Part shown: positions 52,217 to 61,824 of the stretch, piece after piece
How the letters are laid out: every line of letters starts with the position of its first letter
Position numbering within the stretch: position 1 is the stretch's first letter
Origin: an uncultured Verrucomicrobiae bacterium
GTDB taxonomy: Bacteria > Verrucomicrobiota > Verrucomicrobiia > Limisphaerales > Palsa-1400
Assembly (NCBI GenBank): GCA_963702845.1
Contig: OY969763.1
Coordinates: 5,280,001 to 5,344,000, forward strand
DNA: 64,000 bases
Direction of reading: 5' to 3'
The notes under the pieces: generated by a model
What the model was told of the DNA's origin: nothing
The model's input: the letters and a program-made list of their open reading frames with translations, nothing else
The model's database searches: none
Position numbers and translations under genes: made by a program

Positions 52217-53791
52217 CTACGCGGCCGAATACTTTGCTTCGAACGGCGTCGGTCCCTTCGACCTATTCAGGCGTCCGTTCGCAGCTAGATGTTCGCAAAC
52301 CTTGAAGAGGGTTTCAAGGTCATCGCTACCGATTTTTTTGGCTAAATCGGAAACGGTCATTGGCGTGCCACTAACAGCATTAACCAACTTGAGCTGCAAA
52401 TCAATGACGACACCTGCAGCTTTTTTACCGGCTTCAACACCGGGCTGATGATAAGCGTTAACATTGATAAGGGAAGCGTAGAAACCAACGGTGCGCTCGA
52501 ACAGCGCGATTAAGACGCCAACAGCAGAAGCATTCACAACCTGTAGCGTTAACGTAACCGATTCACGCCCATTTTCACCCAAAGCGGCGCGCGTTCCGAG
52601 GTAAAACCCTTGTAAATAGTCCCCGGCGGTCACCTGTTCTTCCACGAAAAAAGGCTTGGCTTGGGCCCGATCCTTTAAAACCTCAATGAATGTCACGAAG
52701 AAGTTATTGACCCCCTCGCGCAGTTGCTGGACGTAAGCATGTTGGTCAGTTGAACCTTTGTTGCCGTAAACAGCAATCCCTTGATTAACCACAACCCCAG
52801 CACGATCCACACCTTTACCCAACGATTCCATGACAAGTTGTTGCAAATACCTGGAAAACAGCTCCAAACGATCTTTATAAGGCAAAACGACCATATCTCG
52901 GGATCCTTTACCGTTACCGGAAGCAAACCAAGCCAGTGCGAGCAGGGCGGCAGGGTTTGATTGGACCGTCCAATCTCGAGTAATCAAGTCGCTAGCGGCA
53001 GCTCCATTGAGAAGCAAATCAATGTCAAAGCCTTGCAACGCAGCGGGTAACAATCCGACAGCGGAAGTTTCGCTAGTGCGACCACCAACCCAATCCCACA
53101 TCGGGAACTGCTTCATCCATTTCTCACGATCGGCGACTTTGCTCAGTTCACTTCCGATCTGGGTAATGGCGACTGCGTGCTTACCGAAATCCAATCCAGC
53201 TGATTTATAGGCCGATTGGGCCTCTAACATGCCATTTCTGGTCTCTTTCGTGCCGCCAGACTTAGAGATAACGATAACGAGAGTCTGACCGAGCTCTTTT
53301 CCGATATCTGCCAGAACCCGGTCAAATCCGTCGGGATCAGTGTTATCAAAGAAGAAAGCGCGGAGCTTGTCCGTTTCAGGGTTGCTGAGGGCTCGCGTCA
53401 CGAACTGCGGCCCCAAAGCCGAGCCGCCGATGCCTATGAGCAGGAGATTAGTAAACACGCCGCGCTCGCCTCGAATCGTGCCGCTATGGACCTTGGCCGC
53501 GAACTCGTTAATGGCGGCGAGTGTCTTTGTGATTTCCTCCCGGATTTCAGCGGTCGGCGCCAGGTCGGGGCGACGGAGCCAATAATGACCAACCATCCGC
53601 TTCTCGTCAGGATTGGCGATCGCGCCTTTCTCCAGCTCGCGCATTTCGGCGAAGGCTTGCTGCATCCGGGGCTTCATCGTTTCGAAGAAGCCGGCCGGGA
53701 AATTCATTTTGCTCAGGTCAACCGACAGGCCGATGGACGGGAAATCAAAATAGAACTTTTTGAAATGCTCCCAGTTATTGCGCGCGCTCAT
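52217..53791 (-). CDS. pgi: glucose-6-phosphate isomerase
   Basis: [41 protein letters not shown]. Confidence 0.97.
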   Translation of the reverse strand: MSARNNWEHFKKFYFDFPSIGLSVDLSKMNFPAGFFETMKPRMQQAFAEMRELEKGAIANPDEKRMVGHYWLRRPDLAPTAEIREEITKTLAAINEFAAKVHSGTIRGERGVFTNLLLIGIGGSALGPQFVTRALSNPETDKLRAFFFDNTDPDGFDRVLADIGKELGQTLVIVISKSGGTKETRNGMLEAQSAYKSAGLDFGKHAVAITQIGSELSKVADREKWMKQFPMWDWVGGRTSETSAVGLLPAALQGFDIDLLLNGAAASDLITRDWTVQSNPAALLALAWFASGNGKGSRDMVVLPYKDRLELFSRYLQQLVMESLGKGVDRAGVVVNQGIAVYGNKGSTDQHAYVQQLREGVNNFFVTFIEVLKDRAQAKPFFVEEQVTAGDYLQGFYLGTRAALGENGRESVTLTLQVVNASAVGVLIALFERTVGFYASLINVNAYHQPGVEAGKKAAGVVIDLQLKLVNAVSGTPMTVSDLAKKIGSDDLETLFKVCEHLAANGRLNRSKGPTPFEAKYSAA

Positions 53792-54029
53792 AATAAGGAG
53801 CTGAACCTAAACGGTATTGTGCAAAATCGACAGTAGTAAAATCGTTGATACGAAAACTACTACTTCATAACAATATAAGCCGTAGCTAACTCCGGTTACT
53901 ACATTCCGTCACGTTTCATGTAGTACATGCCGCTTCTTTGTACCGATCAGCGGTTCCACTTGCTGCCGAGTCAGGGTTTGACCGGCCTGCCTCGGTTGAT
54001 TTATGCGGGAGGCGTGGGACATTATTGAC

Positions 54030-54554
54030 ATGCGAAAGAAGGGTAAAGCGAAAACCAAAGCGCGCACCGTCAGACGCCCCGCGCGTGCAAAAGACATTCT
54101 TGGACCGCCCACCCTCCGCGAGCGCATCCCGGCTAAGTGGCAGTCGCACTACAACCATCTCCTCGAGCTGCATAATAATTTACGCATGAGCAAAGGCGAC
54201 TTGCAACAACAGGCGCGCGAGGAGAAGCCGGTCTGGAGCGAACACATGGCCGACGCGGGCACGGACAATTACGACCAGGATTTCGCATTGAGCATGGCCT
54301 CCAGTGAGCAGGATGCGATTTACGAAATCGAAGAGGCGATGCGCCGGATCAAGGCTGGCACGTACGGCATTTGTGAAATGACCGGCAAACCGATCGAACC
54401 GGCGCGATTGAACGCTATTCCGTGGACGCGTTTTTCCGCCAAGGCGGAACGCGAGCTCGAACAACGCGGGGAGATCGCCCACACACGGCTCGGCGACCGG
54501 ACCCACGTCGCGCGCAATCAACCGGAAGAAGAACCGGACGAAGAGACGGAGTAG
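54030..54554 (+). CDS. TraR/DksA-family transcription factor
   Basis: HMADAGTD coiled-coil tip; EIEEAMRRI..GTYGICEMTG..I...RL.AIPW. Confidence 0.88.
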   Translation: MRKKGKAKTKARTVRRPARAKDILGPPTLRERIPAKWQSHYNHLLELHNNLRMSKGDLQQQAREEKPVWSEHMADAGTDNYDQDFALSMASSEQDAIYEIEEAMRRIKAGTYGICEMTGKPIEPARLNAIPWTRFSAKAERELEQRGEIAHTRLGDRTHVARNQPEEEPDEETE

Positions 54555-54563
54555 GGGAGGGGA

Positions 54564-54659
54564 AAGCTCCAACGTCCAAGCTCCAACGCCCTAAAAGTCC
54601 CATACGATGAACCGGATTACTAGCGTGTTGGACGCCGGCCTTCGCACGGCGGCGGCTAC
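54564..54659. repeat. remnant AAGCTCC heptamer tract (54564-54591) plus GTAG REP-like element (54638-54659, minus strand)
   Basis: AAGCTCC AACGTCC AAGCTCC AACGCCC; GTAGCCGCCGCCGTGCGAAGGC. Confidence 0.6.
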
Positions 54660-54712
54660 ACTACTTCAGAAATTTACTTTTTAATTGGGCCTTCTTTCCC
54701 CTTAATTGAGTT

Positions 54713-55657
54713 GTGGAAAGTTTGCCGAACGTGACCGTCATCATCGCTGCCCCTCCCGGCATGAACGATATTGCGGCGGTCGCTGGCGCAAAGAAGCTGG
54801 ATTATCCCGCTGATAAAGTCGAAATTCTGGTCGCGCGCGGCAAGCAGCCTTCGGTGCAGCGCAATGTGGCGATGCGCGCGGCTCGCGGTGAAATCCTTTA
54901 TTTTCTTGATGACGATTCGGTGCCGCAGCCAGACACGTTGCGGCGCGCGGTCGAACAATTCCGTCGGCCGGAAGTGAAGATGGTGGGTGGGCCGAATCTG
55001 TGTCCGCCCGAATCGACCAAACTGCAACAAGCGTTTTCGCTGACGATGGGGACAATGCTCGCGTTCGGCCCGAGCAGCGCGCGTTATCGCAGCGTGGGTA
55101 AGTTGCGCGAGAGCAGCGAAAAGGAACTCATCCTTTGCAACCTGCTGGCGCGTCGCGAGGCCATGCTTGAGTTGGACGGGTTCAACGAAAAGCTTTATCC
55201 AAACGAAGAAAACGCGCTGATGGACGAACTGCAAAAACGCCGCGGCAAATTGATTTATGATCCGAACCTGATCGTCCACCGGCACCCGCGCGCGACCCTG
55301 CGGGCGTTCTGCGGGATGTTGCGGACTTACGGCCGCGGCCGCGCGGAACAGTTCCGTTTGCATCCGACTGCGAATTCGATCGTGAACTTCGTCCCGCCGC
55401 TGTTCCTGATTTACCTCCTGGCGGTTGGATTTCTGCCGAGATTTTGTCTATGGCCATTGGCGGTGTATGGAGTGGCGGTTTTGTTGCAGGCGCTGGCCGT
55501 CGTTCCGCTGAAGAAGCTTTTGTGGGTGCCCGAGGTTATGGGACTGATTTTTCTCAGCCATATATTATATGGCTTTGGTTTCTGGCGCGGTTGTTTCAGC
55601 CGGCCGCAATCGCCCACGCCAGCACTGGCGGCGGAGATTAAATTGGAGCGACCCTAA
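54713..55657 (+). CDS. family 2 glycosyltransferase with C-terminal TM helices
   Basis: RN......GEILYFLDDD, CNL..RR, GFNE, YGRGR. Confidence 0.88.
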   Translation: MESLPNVTVIIAAPPGMNDIAAVAGAKKLDYPADKVEILVARGKQPSVQRNVAMRAARGEILYFLDDDSVPQPDTLRRAVEQFRRPEVKMVGGPNLCPPESTKLQQAFSLTMGTMLAFGPSSARYRSVGKLRESSEKELILCNLLARREAMLELDGFNEKLYPNEENALMDELQKRRGKLIYDPNLIVHRHPRATLRAFCGMLRTYGRGRAEQFRLHPTANSIVNFVPPLFLIYLLAVGFLPRFCLWPLAVYGVAVLLQALAVVPLKKLLWVPEVMGLIFLSHILYGFGFWRGCFSRPQSPTPALAAEIKLERP

Positions 55658-55663
55658 CGCGGC

Positions 55664-56584
55664 ATGCAAAACCTAGTTGAAGATTTTTTGTTCTATTTGC
55701 GCCATGAGAAGGGGCAATCGGAGAAAACTCAGAAGACCTACTCAGCGCAGTTGAATTCATTTTTGCAATGGGCGGCAAAACGCGGGCTCACCGATTGGAA
55801 AGCGGTCACGTTATCGGACTTGATGGCGTTCGTGGAGGACGAGACCAAACGACCGCTGAAAAACGACAAAAAGGATTCCGCGCGAAAGCCGAGTTCGGAA
55901 ACGATTTATCTCGAGATCGCGGCGCTGCGCGCGTTCTACAAATTTGCCGAGAACGAAAAACTTCTGCCGGCCAACATTGCGGAGAACCTGAGTTTGCCAC
56001 GGCGTTGGAAGCGCTTGCCCAAAAACATGTCCACGCGCGAAGTGGAGAATTTGTTGAAACCAGAAATACCGGCGACACCGCAAACGTTGTGCGACCAGGC
56101 GATTATCGAATTGGCGTATGCGTCGGGTTTGCGCCTGGCGGAGCTGCGCGGGATTCGACTGGAGCAACTGCACCTGGAAGCGGGATTCGTCAACGTGGTA
56201 GGGAAGGGGAACAAAGAACGGGTCGTGCCGGTCGGCAAAAAGGCGGTGGAAGCGATCGAGCGCTATCTCGCGTCGGGCCGACCGAAACTGATCACGCCCA
56301 AGTCGCCGGCAAACCTGTTTCTAACGCAACGCGGAACTCCCTTTGCGGCGGTGACAATGTGGAAACGCGTCAAGCGCCGCGCCAAATACGCGGGCATAGC
56401 GCGCAACATCACCCCGCACATGTTACGACATAGTTTTGCCACGCACTTGCTCGAGAACGGCGCGGATTTACGCGTGATTCAGGAATTGCTCGGGCACGCC
56501 AACATCAGCACGACGGAGGTTTATACGCACGTTGCTGGAGAGCGGCTGCGCGATATTCACCGGAAATTTCACCCGCGCGCGTGA
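55664..56584 (+). CDS. xerD: XerD/XerC-type tyrosine recombinase
   Basis: YASGLRLAE, GKGNKER, HMLRHSFATHLL, LLGH..ISTT.VYTH. XerC versus XerD is not certain. Confidence 0.8.
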   Translation: MQNLVEDFLFYLRHEKGQSEKTQKTYSAQLNSFLQWAAKRGLTDWKAVTLSDLMAFVEDETKRPLKNDKKDSARKPSSETIYLEIAALRAFYKFAENEKLLPANIAENLSLPRRWKRLPKNMSTREVENLLKPEIPATPQTLCDQAIIELAYASGLRLAELRGIRLEQLHLEAGFVNVVGKGNKERVVPVGKKAVEAIERYLASGRPKLITPKSPANLFLTQRGTPFAAVTMWKRVKRRAKYAGIARNITPHMLRHSFATHLLENGADLRVIQELLGHANISTTEVYTHVAGERLRDIHRKFHPRA

Positions 56585-56693
56585 CGCTACGGTAGCGCTG
56601 CGCTGCTCGAAAACCGCTGGACTGTTTGGTAAAAACCGGCGACAGTGGGCGCCGGCCTAACAAAGGAGGCCAAAGAATTTTTCGCATTTAGCC

Positions 56694-58829
56694 ATGGCAA
56701 AACGCAAAAATAGCGCTGCTCAACCAGAATTAAAAATCGAACTCCCAGTTAACACTGACGGCGTTCAGACGACCAAGCCGCTCAATGAAGCCGACGGCGC
56801 CAAGCCGAACGGCAACGGCAACGACTCGACCCATGTCCTCGCCGAGGCCGTCGCATTGCCACCGCCGCGTCCGTTCGAGCCCCGCAAGATCGAGCTGCCG
56901 ATCCATTCGCGCGTTAACAAAAGCTTCATGGAATACGCGTCGTATGTCATTCGCGACCGCGCCATTCCGCACCTTATCGATGGTTTGAAACCGGTGCAGC
57001 GCCGTATTTTGTGGGCTTTGCACGAGAAGGATGACGGGCGTTTTATCAAAGTGGCCAACGTCACCGGGCATTGCATGCAGTATCATCCGCATGGCAATGC
57101 TTCCATCGACGACGCGCTCGTCGTCCTGACCAACAAGCGTTACTTGATCGAAGGGCAGGGGAACTTCGGAAATATTTTCACGGGCGACCCGGCGGCGGCC
57201 GCGCGTTACATCGAATGCCGATTGACCCCGCTGGCGCGCGAAGAAGTTTTCAACGACGAGATCACCGATTTCGTTCCGAGCTACGACGGTCGTAACAAGG
57301 AACCGATCACGCTGCCATGCAAGTTGCCGCTTCTGCTGATGCTCGGCACCGAAGGCATCGCCGTCGGCATGGCCTGCCGCATTTTGCCGCATAATTTTCC
57401 TGAATTGCTCGCGGCGCAGATCGCGATTCTCAAGAAGCAACCGTTCAAGGTGCTGCCGGATTTCGTAACCGGCGGATTGATGGACGCGCGCGGTTACAAG
57501 GACGGCACCGGCGAAATCAAAGTTCGCGCGAAGATGAAAGTCAAAGACGACTCGACCGTCAGCATCATCGAAATTCCGCCGACGACCACAACCGATTCGT
57601 TGATGTCGTCGATCGAAGAGGCTTCGCGCAAAGGCAAACTCAAGGTCAAGACCGTCAACGATTTCACGTCGGAAGAAGTGGAAATCGAAGTCAAAGCGCC
57701 GAGCGGCGTAAGCGCAGAGAAATTGATGGATGCGCTTTACGCTTTCACCGATTGCGAAATTACGATTTCCAGCCGCATCGTCGTTATTAAGGAAAATCGG
57801 CCGGTCGAGATGACCGTGTCGCAGGTGTTGGAAGAAAACACCAAGCAACTTCTCACGACGCTGAAGCGCGAGTTGGAGCTGAAGCAGCAGAAACTCGAAA
57901 ACGAACTGCACGCTCGCACTCTCGTCCGCATCTTCATTGAGGAACGCATCTACAAAAAGATCGAGTCCTGCCGCACCGCTGAAGCAGTGAACGAAGCGAT
58001 CGTCAAAGGTTTCGAGCCGTTCAAGCGCCAACTCTATCGCGAGCTCGTCCAGGACGACGTTGACATGCTCCTGCGCGTTGCCATCCGCCGCATTTCGCTC
58101 TTCGACATCAACAAGCATCGCGAAGAGATGGACAAGGTCAAAGCCGACCTGAAAGAAACTCAGGGGCACCTGAAAAATGTCACCAAATATGCCATCGTCC
58201 GTCTCGAAGCTTTGATCGAGAAATACGGCCCGATGTATCCGCGCCTGACCAAGTCGAGCCGTTACGACGAAGTGGATGCCCGCGAAGTGGCGTTTAAGGC
58301 GTTCAAGGTTGCATACGATCGCGAGTCCGGTTACGTCGGCTACAAAGTTTCCGGTGAAGAATTCAAGAGCGAGTGCACGAAGTTCGACAAGCTGCTGCTC
58401 GTGTTCCGCGATGGCCATTACAAAGTCACCGAGTTGCCCGAGAAAATGTTCGTCGGGCCCGACTTGGAATACTGCGCCATTCCCGACCGCGACAAGGTCA
58501 TGACCTGTGTTTACACCGATCGCGACGCAACGTATCTGAAGCGTTTCACGTTCGGCGGCACGATCATGAACAAGGAATATTTCTGCATTCCGGAGAAGTC
58601 GCGCATTTTATATCTGGAACCGGAAACGCCGAAGCAATTGTACATCCGCTACAAACCGGCGGCCTACCAAAAGATCAATCAACAGACGTGCGACCCGTCG
58701 CAGATTGAAATCAAAGGCCCGAAAACACGCGGCCGCCAGATCTCGATCAAGGAAGTCGCCGCCGTGAACAGTAAACCCCCGCGCGGCTGGGACGAAGCCG
58801 CACCGACAACGAAGCTGGCGTTTACGTAA
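56694..58829 (+). CDS. parC: type IIA topoisomerase subunit A with short CTD (topo IV ParC-like)
   Basis: DGLKPVQRRIL, YHPHG, AAARYIE, GIAVG; lacks a full six-blade gyrase CTD. Confidence 0.8.
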   Translation: MAKRKNSAAQPELKIELPVNTDGVQTTKPLNEADGAKPNGNGNDSTHVLAEAVALPPPRPFEPRKIELPIHSRVNKSFMEYASYVIRDRAIPHLIDGLKPVQRRILWALHEKDDGRFIKVANVTGHCMQYHPHGNASIDDALVVLTNKRYLIEGQGNFGNIFTGDPAAAARYIECRLTPLAREEVFNDEITDFVPSYDGRNKEPITLPCKLPLLLMLGTEGIAVGMACRILPHNFPELLAAQIAILKKQPFKVLPDFVTGGLMDARGYKDGTGEIKVRAKMKVKDDSTVSIIEIPPTTTTDSLMSSIEEASRKGKLKVKTVNDFTSEEVEIEVKAPSGVSAEKLMDALYAFTDCEITISSRIVVIKENRPVEMTVSQVLEENTKQLLTTLKRELELKQQKLENELHARTLVRIFIEERIYKKIESCRTAEAVNEAIVKGFEPFKRQLYRELVQDDVDMLLRVAIRRISLFDINKHREEMDKVKADLKETQGHLKNVTKYAIVRLEALIEKYGPMYPRLTKSSRYDEVDAREVAFKAFKVAYDRESGYVGYKVSGEEFKSECTKFDKLLLVFRDGHYKVTELPEKMFVGPDLEYCAIPDRDKVMTCVYTDRDATYLKRFTFGGTIMNKEYFCIPEKSRILYLEPETPKQLYIRYKPAAYQKINQQTCDPSQIEIKGPKTRGRQISIKEVAAVNSKPPRGWDEAAPTTKLAFT

Positions 58830-58849
58830 GCGGTTGTTGCTATCGAGAC

Positions 58850-58990
58850 CAGAGAACCGATTTCGGCGCAACGGATTCTCCACAGATCTCGATGGACGCG
58901 GATTTCAACAGAAGGGAACAAAGATAACGAAGGGCTGGGAACACGAACGCCCAACATTGAACGGATAACGCACGGGACGGATTCTTTTTC
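58850..58990. repeat. stack of degenerate short-period repeats (CACAGAT/CGGAT and AACAGAAG types)
   Basis: CCACAGAT..GATGGACGCGGAT, AACAGAAGGGAACAAAGATAACGAAG, AACGGATAACGCACGGGACGGAT. Confidence 0.5.
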
Positions 58991-59009
58991 GTAATCGGTT
59001 ATCAAAATG

Positions 59010-59058
59010 AACCCGCGCAAATCCCAGCCGGATTAGCTGAGCATTTGCGCGGGTTTTG
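59010..59058. terminator. hairpin between convergent parC and GH25 genes, likely bidirectional terminator
   Basis: AACCCGCGCAAAT/ATTTGCGCGGGTT 13-bp stem with T-rich flanks. Confidence 0.75.
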
Positions 59059-59085
59059 AATTGAATATCCCGTCAGCGGATGTTG

Positions 59086-59862
59086 TTAATCTCCCACGAG
59101 GTCGTTGGCGACCATGTGGGACAACGTGCTGAAGTAAGCATCAAAGTCGCAGTTGCCTGAGACGCCACCGATGCTGCCGGTGGAGCTGACCTGCCACCAG
59201 ACCCAATATTGGCCGCCGGGTTGCTTATAATTGCAGCTAGCGCACGAGGTCCACGGATGGCCGGTGTAGAGGTTCTGACCGTTGTAAATGGCGACCCAAG
59301 CCTCGAGCGTGCAGGCAGTGGTCATGTCGCACATGCCGTTGCAAGCGCTGGCGTAGAGGATAGGATGCATGCTGGCCGAAGTTTTGCCCTGCACATAGCC
59401 ACCCCAGGCGTTAATCCAATCCGTATAGCTGGGCTGGCAGGAGTGACCAAACACCTCGAAATCAACCACTGGGAAGATGGTTTTTCCGTCGGCAACAATC
59501 TTACTTCCCGCAAAGGCCCAGAAGTAATTCGCTTCAACGCTGGCGCAGTTCTGGTCAGGCCGGGCGAAGTCATAGGCACCCATCTTTAGGCCCGCTGACT
59601 TGCCGTTGCTCATGTTGGCGCTGTAAGTGCCATCGTGGAAGTAATTCCCTTCCGTCGCCTTGCAAAAGGCGAAATCCGCGCCATTGGCATGCACGCTCGA
59701 CCAATTGACCGTGCCGTTATTGTTCGACACATCAATGCCGAACAGGTTGTTGGCCTGGGCGGAGGTGGCGGCTAAGCCGAGGGTGGTCAAGGCGACAGCA
59801 GGTAAGGCGAGACGTTTTTTCGCTTTCGAAATAACTCGCGCTAAGGATAGTACTATTTTCAT
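59086..59862 (-). CDS. secreted GH25 lysozyme/muramidase
   Basis: AQA signal cleavage site, GIDVS, KATEG, GAYDFA, DFE, WQ..S.G...G..D.D. Confidence 0.9.
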   Translation of the reverse strand: MKIVLSLARVISKAKKRLALPAVALTTLGLAATSAQANNLFGIDVSNNNGTVNWSSVHANGADFAFCKATEGNYFHDGTYSANMSNGKSAGLKMGAYDFARPDQNCASVEANYFWAFAGSKIVADGKTIFPVVDFEVFGHSCQPSYTDWINAWGGYVQGKTSASMHPILYASACNGMCDMTTACTLEAWVAIYNGQNLYTGHPWTSCASCNYKQPGGQYWVWWQVSSTGSIGGVSGNCDFDAYFSTLSHMVANDLVGD

Positions 59863-60175
59863 TTTTATGCTTTCTGGTTTGTTTCTTTCTGGTTTGTTTT
59901 TTGTTTGTTGGATTTTTTGCTTTGAGGCAGAACACGCCGCATTGTTGACAGATATCGCTTTCGACAACGTTCCGTACGCGGCTTCTGCAAGCACGCGCGG
60001 ACATGGCGCTTTGCACTCAAATTTAGAGCAGTGGGAACGGGGTCGAGTCTGAACTATCTACAAACCAGCGCAATGGGGGTTCGGCTGTTTGATTGATAGG
60101 GGGTTATATCAGTAAGCTTTAGGGCTATCCCCTAAAACTCCGACGCGGAGACGTGTTATTTTTCACGGCCCGGTG

Positions 60176-61126
60176 CTATCTGGGGAAAAACGCATATAAA
60201 TCAAATATCACGTGGGCAATAAAAAGAGGCCAGAGACGACGCCATTTCCAATAGATAAATCCGAAGATCAACCCCAGCGGGAAAATGATCAGGAGCGCAG
60301 TGATACCATGATACGAGTGCAGGAACGTGCGAAACAAAGCGCTCGCCAATATTGCGGCCCACATGCCGTAGCGCTGCAACGATTGGACAAAGTAACCCGT
60401 TTCCAGCGCCTCTTCCCAAATAGGATTGATCACTCCCAGGAGGAGTAGAACGGGCAATGACAAATCACTGACTGAGTGACTACGCACCATTCCCGGAAAA
60501 ATTACGTTGGCGGTCGAGGCTAGGGCTGCGATCACCAAAATCGACACCAAACCCAAAAGAACTCCGGCTCCGGTAAGTTTCCAGGTCGGTTGGAAACCCC
60601 ACGTTCCAAGCGGCCAATTACGGGTGCGGGCAATCCAGAACGCCACAACCAAGCCGAACAATTCAAGGATGACCACTGTGAGCGCGCTCCTGTCGGTGGT
60701 GTGAGGCTTGGGCGTGCTCCCTATGCTTCCTCTGGTTACCTCGACGGTATTGGTTTTGAGATTGGTCGTGTCAACCAGCTCAAGTGTCACCTTGCTGCCG
60801 GCTGGGCCACGTATCATATCAGCGCAGTCCTTCAATGACTTGCCGTCGGTGGTCGTGCCGTCAATCTTCTGGATAACCAAGCCGCTGGATAATCCTGCTT
60901 TTGACGCGGGTGCATTGGGCAATACCTGTCTAATGAATATCTTGTGGTCCTTCGCGTTTAGCTCGACGCCGATCCCCGCGATAACCTGCTGAGGCGGACT
61001 GGTGGCGCTCCAGGAATGATTGGTAATCGCCACAATGCTCGCGTAAATCGCCCACCAAGAACAGATGAACACGACCAGACAGAATTCGGCCGGAAGGGGG
61101 AGTTTGCGGATGATTGTTTTAAGCAT
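60176..61126 (-). CDS. CPBP (Abi/CAAX) intramembrane protease with inserted PDZ domain
   Basis: GIGVEL..VLPNAPASKAGL..IDG..IRGPAGSKVTL PDZ; WEE, F...H, AH..D. Confidence 0.85.
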   Translation of the reverse strand: MLKTIIRKLPLPAEFCLVVFICSWWAIYASIVAITNHSWSATSPPQQVIAGIGVELNAKDHKIFIRQVLPNAPASKAGLSSGLVIQKIDGTTTDGKSLKDCADMIRGPAGSKVTLELVDTTNLKTNTVEVTRGSIGSTPKPHTTDRSALTVVILELFGLVVAFWIARTRNWPLGTWGFQPTWKLTGAGVLLGLVSILVIAALASTANVIFPGMVRSHSVSDLSLPVLLLLGVINPIWEEALETGYFVQSLQRYGMWAAILASALFRTFLHSYHGITALLIIFPLGLIFGFIYWKWRRLWPLFIAHVIFDLYAFFPR

Positions 61127-61157
61127 TTAGTGTGGCCCGCAGTCCGCTGCTGCGCCG

Positions 61158-61442
61158 TTACCCTAAAATCCGTCCATTCTCTTGAAAGCGAGCTGCAATT
61201 TTCAGCAGCTTCACATCGGAGTCGAATTTAAGAGCAATTATCCATTGCATCGTCGCCACCAATGCGAGACCCAATTCGGCGGTACGGTGAGAACCGTAAC
61301 TCGCGACGAGCATCATGGCCGACATAACGCAGGCGCTGCAGAACATTACTGCCCTCGTCTTCGAACGGCTCGAAATGGCAATCGCACGAAGTTCTGGGCT
61401 TACGGCCGCATCAGCGAACTTGTTGTCGTATTTGTTGAACAT
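61158..61442 (-). CDS. small hypothetical 2-TM protein
   Basis: Co-oriented with the CPBP gene; two hydrophobic segments. Confidence 0.6.
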   Translation of the reverse strand: MFNKYDNKFADAAVSPELRAIAISSRSKTRAVMFCSACVMSAMMLVASYGSHRTAELGLALVATMQWIIALKFDSDVKLLKIAARFQENGRILG

Positions 61443-61824
61443 AACGCACGATGGCTATTATTTAATATTCGAACAAGCCCTGTTTGTTTGGTTTACAAGC
61501 GCGATTTGGCGGGCGTTCGCGGTTTTTTTGGGTTACGGTGTTGGTCGGATTCAACCGGGCACATGAAAGCTACCGCTATCGTCAAAAATCACGTCTCTTG
61601 TCGACGAGACCTACCCGTTCTGAGGATGTCTCGGATATGCTTTTGATACTTGAGACGTCTAAGACGTCTGAGACTCGATGCCAACCCGCTTCGAAATCGC
61701 GTTTCACCATATGCCGTGGCTGCTTCTGCCGCCCAACGCGCAATCTCTGCCTGTTAATAATGTGGGAACAACGAAGAATATCATTCCATTGCTACGGGGT
61801 GGTAACTCTCTATTCTAGCGGCCA

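Noticed and set aside
53912..53927. Fourth parS-like site CGTTTCATGTAGTACA
   Set aside because: Four core mismatches and poor palindromy.
53792..54029. oriC call
   Set aside because: AT-rich and near parS, but no recognisable DnaA-box cluster.
55664..56584. Tyrosine recombinase as a prophage or integron integrase
   Set aside because: Xer-like length and motifs, no IntI insert, housekeeping context.
56730..58418. 562-aa antisense ORF over parC; similar ones at 50858..52183, 40117..41361, 12154..13257, 3139..4323 and 62859..63926
   Set aside because: Mirror-frame shadows of clearly conserved genes, expected from codon bias; no recognisable motifs.
61127..61162. attC-like start (TAAC..GCAGCGGAC) between the small genes
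   Set aside because: Too short, with no complementary arm or GTTRRRY end.
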